This document shows, in pieces, positions 8,838 through 17,915 of a DNA stretch of 64,000 bases. This stretch comes from Polyangiaceae bacterium (GTDB lineage: Bacteria > Myxococcota_A > Polyangia > Polyangiales > Polyangiaceae), in contig CBDCTZ010000012.1 in NCBI GenBank assembly GCA_965222375.1, positions 32,001 through 96,000 of the forward strand, given 5' to 3'. A program made the translations under genes and the position numbers. Each line of letters starts with the position of its first letter. Position 1 is the stretch's first letter. Below the pieces are notes generated by a model that was not told the origin of the DNA, did no database searches, and saw only the letters and a program-made list of their open reading frames with translations.

Positions 8838-9985
8838 CCGCCAGCTTCGCGGAGCGACAACTGGGGAGCGTTCGTGACACGCTCCGAATCGCTTGTCCTA
8901 GAGCACTCTCCGCAACCGGCGATGTGCTGCAGCTTTGTCGACATGCGCTGCGCAACCCAATCGCGAGTACGCCCATTGAGGAATTGGGGCGATCCGCGAA
9001 AGACATCGCGATCATCGTCAGTGATTCCAGTCGGGAAGAGCCTCGAGAAGCGTTTCTAACAGCGCTGCTGGAGGTTTTGGCTCGGGACCGCGTGAAGCTG
9101 GTCGTCGCTAGCGGCACCCACGCAGGGGCGGGCGACTCTGTAGTGCCTCAGGCGTTTTCGGACATGCCCATCTGCGTGCATGACGCTGCCGACCCGACTT
9201 TGGTGCGGAGCCTCGGAAAAACCTCGAAAAACACCCAAGTTCGCCTGCATCACGCCGTCGCCGAAGCGGACTTGGTCATCGCCACGGGGCGGGTGCGACC
9301 CCACTACTTCGCTGGCGTGTCGGGCGGGGTCAAAGCGGTGTTTCCGGGCTGCGCCTGGGCGGAGGATGCCTTGCAAAATCACTTGTTGAAGGCTGACCCG
9401 AGCGCCCGCCTCGGCCGGGTGGATGACAACGTGTGTCGCCTCGACATGGAAGAGGCATGCAGCCGTGTTCCGGGTCGAGTGGTCATACTCAACGTGCTGT
9501 GCGACGTCGACGGTAATGCAGTGGCGGCTGCGAGCGGTGACCCAGTTCGGGCGCATCGCGTCCTTGCCGCGGAGGCGACGAAGGTCTTCTCGGTTTCACT
9601 GCCTGCCTCGGACGTACTCGTCGTGGCCGACAAACCACCAGTCAGCCACACCTTGTACCAGGCTTCGAAACTTGTGCCGCCCGCTGGCGCGGTGTTGAAC
9701 GCTGGCGGAACGGTGATTGTCGTCGCTGATTGCAGTGGCGGGCTGGGTCCTCTCGAACGCGTCAATCGGGGCATCTATGCCCTCGGGCTCAAGCCGCAAC
9801 TTCCGGAGGATCACGAAATCTGGCTAGTCAGTGAGCTGGCAGATCCCGTCGTCGCGATGAGCTACGCGCGACCCAAACCCTCGTTGCGGCAGGCACTTGC
9901 CGAGGCGGAACGGCGTCACCCTGGGGCTGAGCTCAACGCGCTCTGGAGAGCAGGGGAGGCCATTGTTTCCCGGAGAGTTTCATGA
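8834..9985 (+). CDS. Lactate racemase (LarA/DUF2088) family protein
   Basis: IIVSDSSR, VASGTH, VHDA, PHYFAGVSGGVKAVFPG, LQNH, LYQASK. Confidence 0.85.
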   Translation: MTASFAERQLGSVRDTLRIACPRALSATGDVLQLCRHALRNPIASTPIEELGRSAKDIAIIVSDSSREEPREAFLTALLEVLARDRVKLVVASGTHAGAGDSVVPQAFSDMPICVHDAADPTLVRSLGKTSKNTQVRLHHAVAEADLVIATGRVRPHYFAGVSGGVKAVFPGCAWAEDALQNHLLKADPSARLGRVDDNVCRLDMEEACSRVPGRVVILNVLCDVDGNAVAAASGDPVRAHRVLAAEATKVFSVSLPASDVLVVADKPPVSHTLYQASKLVPPAGAVLNAGGTVIVVADCSGGLGPLERVNRGIYALGLKPQLPEDHEIWLVSELADPVVAMSYARPKPSLRQALAEAERRHPGAELNALWRAGEAIVSRRVS

Positions 9986-10119
9986 CGCGTCGCGCCGCGC
10001 CCCGCCCCGTAAAGTCTTGGGCAGCGCGCTCCGACCATGACGTGTCGCGCAATTCGGGCTAAAAGAAGCGTCCCCCGGCGCGCCCTCGCCCGCGATGCGC
10101 ACGCCACTCCCCACGAGGA

Positions 10120-12096
10120 ATGATGACCGAAAAGAAGGTGTCCTTTCCCGGTCGGGTGCTTCACCTGACAGAGGACATGGACCTCATTGTCAAACAACTG
10201 TCAGGGGAGACCCTCGACTACGATCCGAAGCGTAAGCTTATCGACAACATCTCAACGGACGAAATCACGCCCGGTTGGGTTTGCTACTACTTCGACGAAA
10301 CTCTGGCGCGCTTCAGTCTGGTGGGGTTGCGAGGCGGTGCTATCGAAAAGGACACGGTCAAGAATGGCGGTTTCTCCGTGATCGTTAGCGGGCGCAGCAA
10401 GGGTTGCGGCAGCTCCAGGGAAACCGCCCCCTACTCCGAGCTGAAGGCAGGCGTTCAGCTCATCGTTGCCCAGAGCATCGAGAAAATCTACGGCCAGAAC
10501 TGCCAGAACATCGGGCTGCTGACCACGACGGACTTTTCGATTCTAGAGCGTATCGAGAAGGGGGAAGCCATCCCGATCAGCGAGTTCACCAAAGGCCTCG
10601 ATCCGATCAGCGCGCAGATCGTCGAGCATGGTGGGCTGTTCGCTTACAACAAGCTGCGGATGGCTGGGGAAGTATCCCCACCCAAGGTCACGACCGCAGC
10701 CCGACCCATGACCCTGTGTGAGAAGATCATTGCAAATCGCGCCATCGCCGACGCGAAGACTGGCGAGCTGGGCGTGCCTGGGGTCAAGCCCGGGGACGCT
10801 CTGTTTGTACGCACGGACGTGCGTTTTTCCCACGAGTACGTAACGCCCATGGCGGACTCGCTGTTTCGCGCGGGATTTGGCCCAGACGCCGGCGTGACAG
10901 AGCCAGAAAGCGTGTTTGCGTTTCGTGACCACCTGACTTTCCTGGACCTCGTCATGCCCGAAGCTCACAAGAAAATGGGACTCGAGGAGCAAGCTCACTC
11001 CCTCAAGACGGAGCAGGAGCGGTTTTCGAAGCGACACGGCATCCGGTTGTACGGCGAAGTAGTGCGTGACGGCAAGACGGTGGGTAGTGAGGCCATCTGT
11101 CATAACAAGGTGATCGAGGAACTCGCGCTGCCCGGTCAGGTGGTCGCCGGAACGGACTCTCATACATGCATGGCTGGCGCCCTCGGCTGTTTCGCCTTCG
11201 GCGTGGGCAGCACGGACATGGCCAACTCTTGGTTCACTCGCGATGTGCGGGTCCGAGTGCCCGAAACGGTTCGCTTCGTGTTGGGCGGCGAGCTTTCCCC
11301 AGGGGTGTGCGCCAAGGACGTCATGCTGCACATCCTCAGCTTGCCTCACTTCAAGACCGGAAAGGGGATCGGCCAGGTGTTGGAGTTTGCGGGGCCGGGT
11401 ATCGGCAGCTTGGGCCTGGATGAGCGGGCTACTCTCACCAACATGGCGGTGGAGGCTGGAAGCTTCACCGGCATCATCGAAGCCGATGAGCGCATCGTGC
11501 AGTACCTGGCGGAGATGCGGGGGCTGGACAAGGACGAGGTGCGCGGGCGCATTGTCAAGGCGGACCCGGATGCCAAGTATGCGGACGTTTTCGAGATCAA
11601 CCTCTCGGAGATCGTTCCGATGGTCGCCACACCCGGAGACCCGCGAAATGGCGTGCCACTGAAGGATTTGAGCGCTGGCGCTGGTGGGGACGTGGCGGTG
11701 AGCATTGCCTACGGCGGCTCGTGCACCGGAGGCAAGAAAGCGGACATGGACATGTACGCTGCGGTGCTCAGCCGCGCCCTCGACAAGGGCCAGCGGGTTG
11801 CCGACGGCGTACAATTGTTCATCCAGTTCGGCTCCCAGCACATTCGCGCATACGCGCAGGAGCGCGGCTACATCGACGTCTTCGAACGGGCGGGGGCACA
11901 ACTCGTGGATCCCTCCTGCGGGGCGTGCATTCGCGCGGGCCCAGGGGTCAGCATGACGGCGGAGGAAGTGACCGTCAGCGCCATCAATCGCAACTTCCCC
12001 GGACGTAGTGGTCCTGGGAAAGTCTACTTGGCTAGCCCCCTGGTGGTGGCGGCGAGTGCGGTTGCTGGCAAGATCGTGAGCCCAGACTCGATCTGA
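10120..12096 (+). CDS. Aconitase-family dehydratase/isomerase, LeuD-like swivel domain fused N-terminally to LeuC-like large subunit
   Basis: DNISTDEITP, GCGSSRE, GTDSHT, GSCTGG, SCGAC, NRNFPGR, LASP; three Fe-S cysteines present. Confidence 0.9.
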   Translation: MMTEKKVSFPGRVLHLTEDMDLIVKQLSGETLDYDPKRKLIDNISTDEITPGWVCYYFDETLARFSLVGLRGGAIEKDTVKNGGFSVIVSGRSKGCGSSRETAPYSELKAGVQLIVAQSIEKIYGQNCQNIGLLTTTDFSILERIEKGEAIPISEFTKGLDPISAQIVEHGGLFAYNKLRMAGEVSPPKVTTAARPMTLCEKIIANRAIADAKTGELGVPGVKPGDALFVRTDVRFSHEYVTPMADSLFRAGFGPDAGVTEPESVFAFRDHLTFLDLVMPEAHKKMGLEEQAHSLKTEQERFSKRHGIRLYGEVVRDGKTVGSEAICHNKVIEELALPGQVVAGTDSHTCMAGALGCFAFGVGSTDMANSWFTRDVRVRVPETVRFVLGGELSPGVCAKDVMLHILSLPHFKTGKGIGQVLEFAGPGIGSLGLDERATLTNMAVEAGSFTGIIEADERIVQYLAEMRGLDKDEVRGRIVKADPDAKYADVFEINLSEIVPMVATPGDPRNGVPLKDLSAGAGGDVAVSIAYGGSCTGGKKADMDMYAAVLSRALDKGQRVADGVQLFIQFGSQHIRAYAQERGYIDVFERAGAQLVDPSCGACIRAGPGVSMTAEEVTVSAINRNFPGRSGPGKVYLASPLVVAASAVAGKIVSPDSI

Positions 12097-12116
12097 CTGT
12101 CGCGATCGGAGCTGAA

Positions 12117-12716
12117 GTGAGTTGCAGCGTTGGTCCTGGTACGTGGGTAAAACTCCACTACGCGGTGCGCGATGCCGATGGCGAAGTCGTGGCAGAAGAG
12201 ACCATCGAGCGACTTTTCGGTTTTGGGCAGCTGCTGCCTAGCATCGAGCAAGCTATCGGCGGCGCGAGCCCCGGGTCGTCGAAGACGGCCCGATTACGGT
12301 CCGAGGACGGGTTCGGGCAGCGGGACCCAGCTGCCGTCGTTGAGGTGGAGCGTGCCGAGTTCCCGCCGGATGCCGATGCCGGAGATCATTTTCAGGCCGA
12401 GGACGCCGAAGGAAACTTCGTATTGCTGACGGTGCTGGATGTGAATGACGAGCGGGTCGTGGTCGACCAAAACCACCCCCTAGCGGGGCAATCCCTGGCG
12501 GTGGACCTCGATATCCTAGATGTACGCGTGGCCGACAGCGAGGAGATCCAGGCCGCCGAGACCGCCCTGCTCTCGGCCGCGCAACCGGACATTTCGCTCA
12601 TTCCAACGCAGGCCTTGCTAGCTGGGGGTCAGCGGCGCTACGAGGACGTTAACAGCCCGGAGGGAGCCGAACCTGGCTCGCGGGGCCGCCGCGGCAATTC
12701 TGGAGATAAGTCATGA
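12117..12716 (+). CDS. slyD: FKBP-type peptidyl-prolyl isomerase, SlyD-like
   Basis: VKLHY, GQLLPSIEQA, VDQNHPLAGQSL; lacks a His-rich tail. Confidence 0.8.
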   Translation: MSCSVGPGTWVKLHYAVRDADGEVVAEETIERLFGFGQLLPSIEQAIGGASPGSSKTARLRSEDGFGQRDPAAVVEVERAEFPPDADAGDHFQAEDAEGNFVLLTVLDVNDERVVVDQNHPLAGQSLAVDLDILDVRVADSEEIQAAETALLSAAQPDISLIPTQALLAGGQRRYEDVNSPEGAEPGSRGRRGNSGDKS

Positions 12717-12955
12717 AACAATCCGAGAGACTGAAGCTCGATGTGCGTGTTCGCAGCCGAATGGCTGCGCATGGTGCACTGAAAGCACAAGAGTTGGAAG
12801 AGCACTTGGCGGCGCTGCCGGATCGAGAAGCAGAGTCGGAGGAGCTCGACCTGCAACAGCCTGCACTCGGCGACAGCACAGATGGCGCCACTGCTCCCAC
12901 GCCGGCTTTGCTCGGGGCGGAGGCTGGCTCAGACGAGGACCTGGAGGCTCCGTGA
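12713..12955 (+). CDS. Small hypothetical protein
   Basis: 4-nt overlaps with both neighbours; DVRV...HLAALPD. Confidence 0.75.
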   Translation: MKQSERLKLDVRVRSRMAAHGALKAQELEEHLAALPDREAESEELDLQQPALGDSTDGATAPTPALLGAEAGSDEDLEAP

Positions 12956-13278
12956 GCGACAACGGCCCGGACTCGAAACAGCAGCGACACGCGCGACAGG
13001 CATTCGATGACGCGACGGGTGAGCAGCTTCCCGCCATCGACTTCGCCACATTCGTACTATCGCTCGCACAGTCTGGGCGGGTGCATTTGGGGGACGCACC
13101 AAACCCCGCTGAGGGTGAGCAGAAGATCGAACCGGCCCTCGCTCGACAGAGCATCGATCTGCTCGCTTTGCTTCAAGAGAAGACCCGTGGGAACCTTTCC
13201 GGTGAGGAGGAGACCCTATTGGCGCAATCGCTGTACGATCTTCGAATGAGGTACGTGGAGGTCGCGAAGCCCAAGTGA
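12952..13278 (+). CDS. DUF1844 domain protein
   Basis: IDFATFVLSL...HLG..PNP...ARQSIDLLALLQEKTRGNL..EE..LYDLRMRYV. Confidence 0.9.
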   Translation: MSDNGPDSKQQRHARQAFDDATGEQLPAIDFATFVLSLAQSGRVHLGDAPNPAEGEQKIEPALARQSIDLLALLQEKTRGNLSGEEETLLAQSLYDLRMRYVEVAKPK

Positions 13279-14447
13279 CAGCTCGGACTCGACTGCGGCT
13301 CGCACAGTCGCTCGCATTGGTCGTTGGGGTGTCCTGCGGGGCAGCCTCGTGCAAGCGCCTAACTCGAGGTGGCTCTGACGCGGGCGGAGCTGCTTCGGCC
13401 TCGGCCCCTGTCGCGACTCCACCGCCGCCCACCGCCCCGTTGCCGGCCGCGCCTCCGGCAACGGTTCCCCGCAGTTTCGCGGATCTGGCCGCGAAAGCAG
13501 ATCCAGCCGTGGTCTACGTGAAGACGCTGCAGGAACAGCGTGGTCGGACCGGGCGACGCCGGGTGATCGGAGAGGGCTTGGGAAGTGCGTTCGTGTACGA
13601 CGCGAATGGTCTCATCCTTACGAACAACCACGTGATCGAGTCGGCCACGGACATTCGGGTGATCTTCCGGGGCAAGAGTGAGATCAAGGCTACGGTGGTT
13701 GGACGAGATCCACCCACCGACATCGCGGTGCTGCGCGTCGACAAGAAGGGACTGAGTCACTTGCCCTTGGGCGATTCGGACGCAACCCGGGTAGGGGATT
13801 GGGTGGTAGCGATCGGCAACCCCTTTGGTCTGTCCCATACGGTCTCTGCAGGTATCGTTTCCGCGAAGGGGCGCACTGGGCAGGACGTCAAAGGCCTGGG
13901 TGATGGCACGGGCTACTACAACTTCCTGCAGACGGACGCGAGTATCAACCCTGGCAACTCCGGTGGTCCGTTGTTGGATATGGCGGGTCGGGTTGTCGGC
14001 ATCAACACAGCGATTCGAGCCAGGGCGAACAACATTGGATTCGCGATCCCCATCAACATGATCAAGGAGCTGCTTCCGCGATTGATCAAGGATGGCAAGA
14101 TCACTCGCAGCGCAATCGGTATCCGAGTCTCATCCGTGCTGCCCGAGGACTCGGAACGCTTGAAAGTGAAGGACGAGAAAGGCGCATTGGTTCGTTTCGT
14201 GCTCCCCGGGGGCGCGGCGAATCGGGCGGGGCTCAAGCCAGATGACATTATCGTCGGCTTCGAGGGCGAGGATGTGCCCGGTCCCGAAAAGCTTCGCTGG
14301 CTGGCCAGCCTGGCGGGAGTCGGCAAGACCGTCAGCATCAAGGTTCGGAGGGGGCGTCGCACCTTCGATTTGAAGGTGACCCTGAAGGAGCTTCCTCAGG
14401 CACCCCGGGAGCCGGAGACACCCAAATCGCCGTTTGGTCACCCCTGA
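13275..14447 (+). CDS. HtrA/DegP-family serine protease with one PDZ domain
   Basis: TNNHV, DIAVL, QTDASINPGNSGGPL. Confidence 0.95.
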   Translation: MTARTRLRLAQSLALVVGVSCGAASCKRLTRGGSDAGGAASASAPVATPPPPTAPLPAAPPATVPRSFADLAAKADPAVVYVKTLQEQRGRTGRRRVIGEGLGSAFVYDANGLILTNNHVIESATDIRVIFRGKSEIKATVVGRDPPTDIAVLRVDKKGLSHLPLGDSDATRVGDWVVAIGNPFGLSHTVSAGIVSAKGRTGQDVKGLGDGTGYYNFLQTDASINPGNSGGPLLDMAGRVVGINTAIRARANNIGFAIPINMIKELLPRLIKDGKITRSAIGIRVSSVLPEDSERLKVKDEKGALVRFVLPGGAANRAGLKPDDIIVGFEGEDVPGPEKLRWLASLAGVGKTVSIKVRRGRRTFDLKVTLKELPQAPREPETPKSPFGHP

Positions 14448-14510
14448 TCCGGCCCGTTGGCCGGTGTTAGCGGGGGCACAGAACGTGCGTTTGACGTAAG
14501 TATAGGTCAG

Positions 14511-15284
14511 ATGCCCTCCTCCGACAGCAGCTCGAATCCAGACATTCGTGCCGAAAAACCGGCTGCGGCGGGGCCCGCTGCGGAGGGCGCTTCGCAGCGC
14601 TCTGATCCACCTGTCCCGGCCGTGAATAGCGCGACCCGACGGGCGTCCAATAAAGTAGCCCGCGCTGCGGAGGCTGAGCATGATCGCGCCCTCATCAAAA
14701 AAGCCCAGGACGGGGACCGAGGCGCCTTTCGACAGTTGGTGGAAAGGCACCAGCGGCGGGCTTTCGCCATCGCGATCGGGTTGGTGCGGGACGAGCAAGA
14801 CGCCCGGGAGATTGTCCAAGAGGCGTTCCTGCGGGTCTACCGCGGACTCGACCGGTTCCACGGCAGCTCGAGTTTCTTCACGTGGCTGTATCGAATCGTC
14901 ACGAACCTCTCCATCGACCTCATGCGCAAGCCATCCCGCCGCGAGCGGGAGCTGGACGTTTCGCGTGAAATCAAGGACGAATTGGACGTTCCACTATTGG
15001 CGCGAATCGATGGCGCCGACCCCCACGATGTCGTGCGCCGAAACGAGATTGCAGAAACCATCCAATCTGCCCTCGACGCGCTTCCGCCGTATCATCGAGG
15101 CGTCATACTCATGCGGGAGATCGAGGGCATGAGTTACGAAGAGATGGCGGACGCCATGGGCGTGAGCAAAGGCACCATCATGAGTCGGCTGTTCCACGCC
15201 CGCCAGAAACTGCAAAGAGCTCTCGCGTCTTGCTACAAGGAGCACTTCGGCGAGTTGCCGGAAGGCAAGGGGCAGCGCACATGA
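14511..15284 (+). CDS. ECF RNA polymerase sigma factor
   Basis: DAREIVQEAFLRVY, FFTWLYRIVTN, GMSYEEMA..GTIMSRLFHAR. Confidence 0.95.
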   Translation: MPSSDSSSNPDIRAEKPAAAGPAAEGASQRSDPPVPAVNSATRRASNKVARAAEAEHDRALIKKAQDGDRGAFRQLVERHQRRAFAIAIGLVRDEQDAREIVQEAFLRVYRGLDRFHGSSSFFTWLYRIVTNLSIDLMRKPSRRERELDVSREIKDELDVPLLARIDGADPHDVVRRNEIAETIQSALDALPPYHRGVILMREIEGMSYEEMADAMGVSKGTIMSRLFHARQKLQRALASCYKEHFGELPEGKGQRT

Positions 15285-15985
15285 AGAACCGAAGCCTGAC
15301 CCTGATGCAGCATCACGACGGTGAGCTAGACCCAGAACAAGCGGCGGAGTTGGAGGCGTCCCTCACCGACGAAGACGCGGCGGTGCTAGACGGCCTGAGC
15401 CAACTCGGAGATGTCATTCGCGAGCATGGGGACGCTCGCGCCAGCGGCGCCGATTCCATTGCAGATGACGTGCTTGCCAAGCTCGATAGCGACGATGACG
15501 TGGACGGCGAGAAGCAAGTCGCAGCGCTGCTACGGGTTATCGAGGGTGGAGCCAGTGGCTCTGCTCTGTCGCCGGAGCGACAGCCGGAACCCGAACCTCA
15601 GCCCGAGCCGACCCCGGAACGTGAGTTTCGAAGCCTGCGCCAGCCACCTGCGGCCTACGATCCGAAAGAGGGGCGAGCCGGGCGGATCTTTTTGGGCCTG
15701 TCCCTGGCAGCCGCCGTGGCCCTGGGCATCCACGCCATTGCGACCACAGACTACTCAAAGCCCGAGCACGATGTGGCGAGTCTTTCGGAAACTGTGCCAA
15801 CCCCCGCAACGTCAGAGGCCGAGATTGCGCAGCCAGAAACTGATTTGTCGGCCGCAGCCATCGAAAGCATCGACTTCGGAAGTCAAAAGGGCGCTATTTT
15901 CATGGTGTCCGCGGGCGCCGAAACTACGCCTGTGGTTTGGCTTACCGACGATCCGCAAAGTGGCGATAGGATGGAACCACTATGA
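15281..15985 (+). CDS. Putative transmembrane anti-sigma factor
   Basis: Overlaps the sigma stop; N-terminal HHDGEL, single TM segment, C-terminal TPVVWL. Confidence 0.75.
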   Translation: MKNRSLTLMQHHDGELDPEQAAELEASLTDEDAAVLDGLSQLGDVIREHGDARASGADSIADDVLAKLDSDDDVDGEKQVAALLRVIEGGASGSALSPERQPEPEPQPEPTPEREFRSLRQPPAAYDPKEGRAGRIFLGLSLAAAVALGIHAIATTDYSKPEHDVASLSETVPTPATSEAEIAQPETDLSAAAIESIDFGSQKGAIFMVSAGAETTPVVWLTDDPQSGDRMEPL

Positions 15986-16497
15986 GAGCTTCGATGTTCG
16001 CCCTTGCTAGCTTCCTGTTCATCAGTGGAAGCAGTGCGCTAGCTGAGGGCAAACCGCCAGCTACGGCGAAGCCGTCTGCCGCGGCCAAAGACAAGGGCAA
16101 GTCCGACAAGAAGCAGGAGTTCTTTACGGAAGTGCTTGTGCTCCATGCGACCAACAGCAAGAAGGGCATCGACAAGCGCATCGGTGACATGCCCGAACTG
16201 AAGAAGCCCCCCTTCTCTTCCTACAACAGCTACGAACTACTGGCGAAGCACAAGCTGCCGCTGTCCAAGAACGACCCGAAGACGGTTCGCCTGCCAAACA
16301 AGCGCGTTCTGCAAACCAAGTTGCTCGAAGTCCTGCCCAAAGACCAGCTGCGGATTTCCGCCAGCATCAATCAACCCAAGGGCAAGACGTTCCTGCCGCT
16401 CTTGGAAGTAAAAGCCAAAGTAGGCCAGTCCTTCATCTTGGCGGGCCAGAGCTTCAAGAAGGGGATCTTGGTGCTTGTCATTCGTGTCGTTCGCTGA
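15982..16497 (+). CDS. Secreted basic hypothetical protein
   Basis: Signal peptide ending ALA; ATGA overlap with upstream gene. Confidence 0.8.
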   Translation: MRASMFALASFLFISGSSALAEGKPPATAKPSAAAKDKGKSDKKQEFFTEVLVLHATNSKKGIDKRIGDMPELKKPPFSSYNSYELLAKHKLPLSKNDPKTVRLPNKRVLQTKLLEVLPKDQLRISASINQPKGKTFLPLLEVKAKVGQSFILAGQSFKKGILVLVIRVVR

Positions 16498-16652
16498 GTA
16501 GGCGGAAGCGCGCGTCGTCATGGTCGCGGCGGATTGCTCGCTGAGGCGCTCAAACTTGCGGTGGGCGAACGCTCGCGTTGCAAAGGACGGGCGCGATGCT
16601 CCTCTTGCTCGCGACCCCTTGCAGCGCTGAAGCAGACGAACGCGCGCAGCGC

Positions 16653-17915
16653 TCAAACCCGCGGCGGGTGTGACGAGGGCTTCTCCACTACGGGAAGCAC
16701 CACCACGAATGTCGTGCCTTCGCCAAGTGTGCTGTAAGCCGACATCGCGCCACCGTGGGCTTCTACGATTGAACGAACGATGGAAAGACCGAGCCCGGTG
16801 CCCTCCCCCGGTGCTTTCGTCGTGTAGAAGGGTTCGAAAATGCGGGCCAAGTCGTCATTATCAATGCCCTCTCCGCAGTCGGAGACTTCGACGGTGACCT
16901 GACGGTCGTCGGGCTTCGTGGTCCAGCTGATCTGAAGGGTGCCACCGCTTTCCCGCATCGCGTGTGCCGCGTTGGTGAAGAGGTTGACGAAGACCTGTGT
17001 CAACTGACCCGCAACGCCGCGCACCAGAAGCGAGGGCCGCGTGCTCGCGAAACCGGCCGCCACGCCGCGTTCCGAGAACTCGTGCTCGCAGAACACCATG
17101 GCCTTTTCGAGCACTTCGCCCAGATGAACCGGGCCAGGAACATCCCCGGCCGGCCGCGCATAGGTGACCAGATCTCTGGAGAACCTGAGAATTCGCTCGG
17201 CCCCCTCTTGGATTCGCGCCAGCCGCTCCAGGGCATCGGCATCGGCTCGGGTTGCGGCGTTGCGTCGCAGGTACTCCGCGTAGGCGATGATGCTCGTCAA
17301 TGGGTTGTTGAGTTCATGAACGATGCCTGCGGCTATCTGTCCCAAGCTCGCGAGCTTTTCTGCTTGGATGACCTGAGCTTGAAGCTTGCGCAGCTCTGTC
17401 GCATGTCGCCTCGTACGCCCGGCGTCATTCAGACTCGTCAAGGCGTTTTCGACCGCTCGACGCGCATACTCCACCACTGTCCAGGCCGAGCTGGCGTCCG
17501 GCGGCAGCTGAGGCCCTGCAAAATGCAGCGTGGAATTGCCCACTCGATCGATGGTCATGACGCGTTCTTCCGGAAGCTCCGGGAACAAGCGCGTTGGATC
17601 GCGTCCGGACGTGGCATCCCAGTCCTCCGGCACGTGACGTTTGACGATTTGGCTCTCGGCGCCTTCGTCGCTGAGACAAACCCCCAGCGCGACGCCGGGA
17701 ATCAGTGCGGATAGGGTCCCTACGGTATGCATGGCGACGTCTTCCAAGGGCGCCTTGGCAGAGAGGCGTAGGGAGAGTTCCAACAATTGGGTCAGGGTCG
17801 GTCCGTCCAGAGGCTCCCGAGTGCGGCGACCCGAGTGGGCTGGTGAGAGCCCCTGGATATCTGAGTGCTGGGCTCGGGTGCCCGCCTCGGACTTGGGATC
17901 CGAGCCCTTGCTCAT
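16653..17915 (-). CDS. Cytoplasmic sensor histidine kinase (NtrB-like)
   Basis: EKLASLGQIAAGIVHELNNPL, QVFVNLFTNA, DCGEGI, FEPFYTTK, GTGLGL. Confidence 0.93.
   Translation of the reverse strand: MSKGSDPKSEAGTRAQHSDIQGLSPAHSGRRTREPLDGPTLTQLLELSLRLSAKAPLEDVAMHTVGTLSALIPGVALGVCLSDEGAESQIVKRHVPEDWDATSGRDPTRLFPELPEERVMTIDRVGNSTLHFAGPQLPPDASSAWTVVEYARRAVENALTSLNDAGRTRRHATELRKLQAQVIQAEKLASLGQIAAGIVHELNNPLTSIIAYAEYLRRNAATRADADALERLARIQEGAERILRFSRDLVTYARPAGDVPGPVHLGEVLEKAMVFCEHEFSERGVAAGFASTRPSLLVRGVAGQLTQVFVNLFTNAAHAMRESGGTLQISWTTKPDDRQVTVEVSDCGEGIDNDDLARIFEPFYTTKAPGEGTGLGLSIVRSIVEAHGGAMSAYSTLGEGTTFVVVLPVVEKPSSHPPRV

Noticed and set aside
10543..11901. 452-aa minus-strand ORF and many similar long antisense ORFs
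   Set aside because: Shadows of well-supported genes, expected with high-GC codon bias; no motifs
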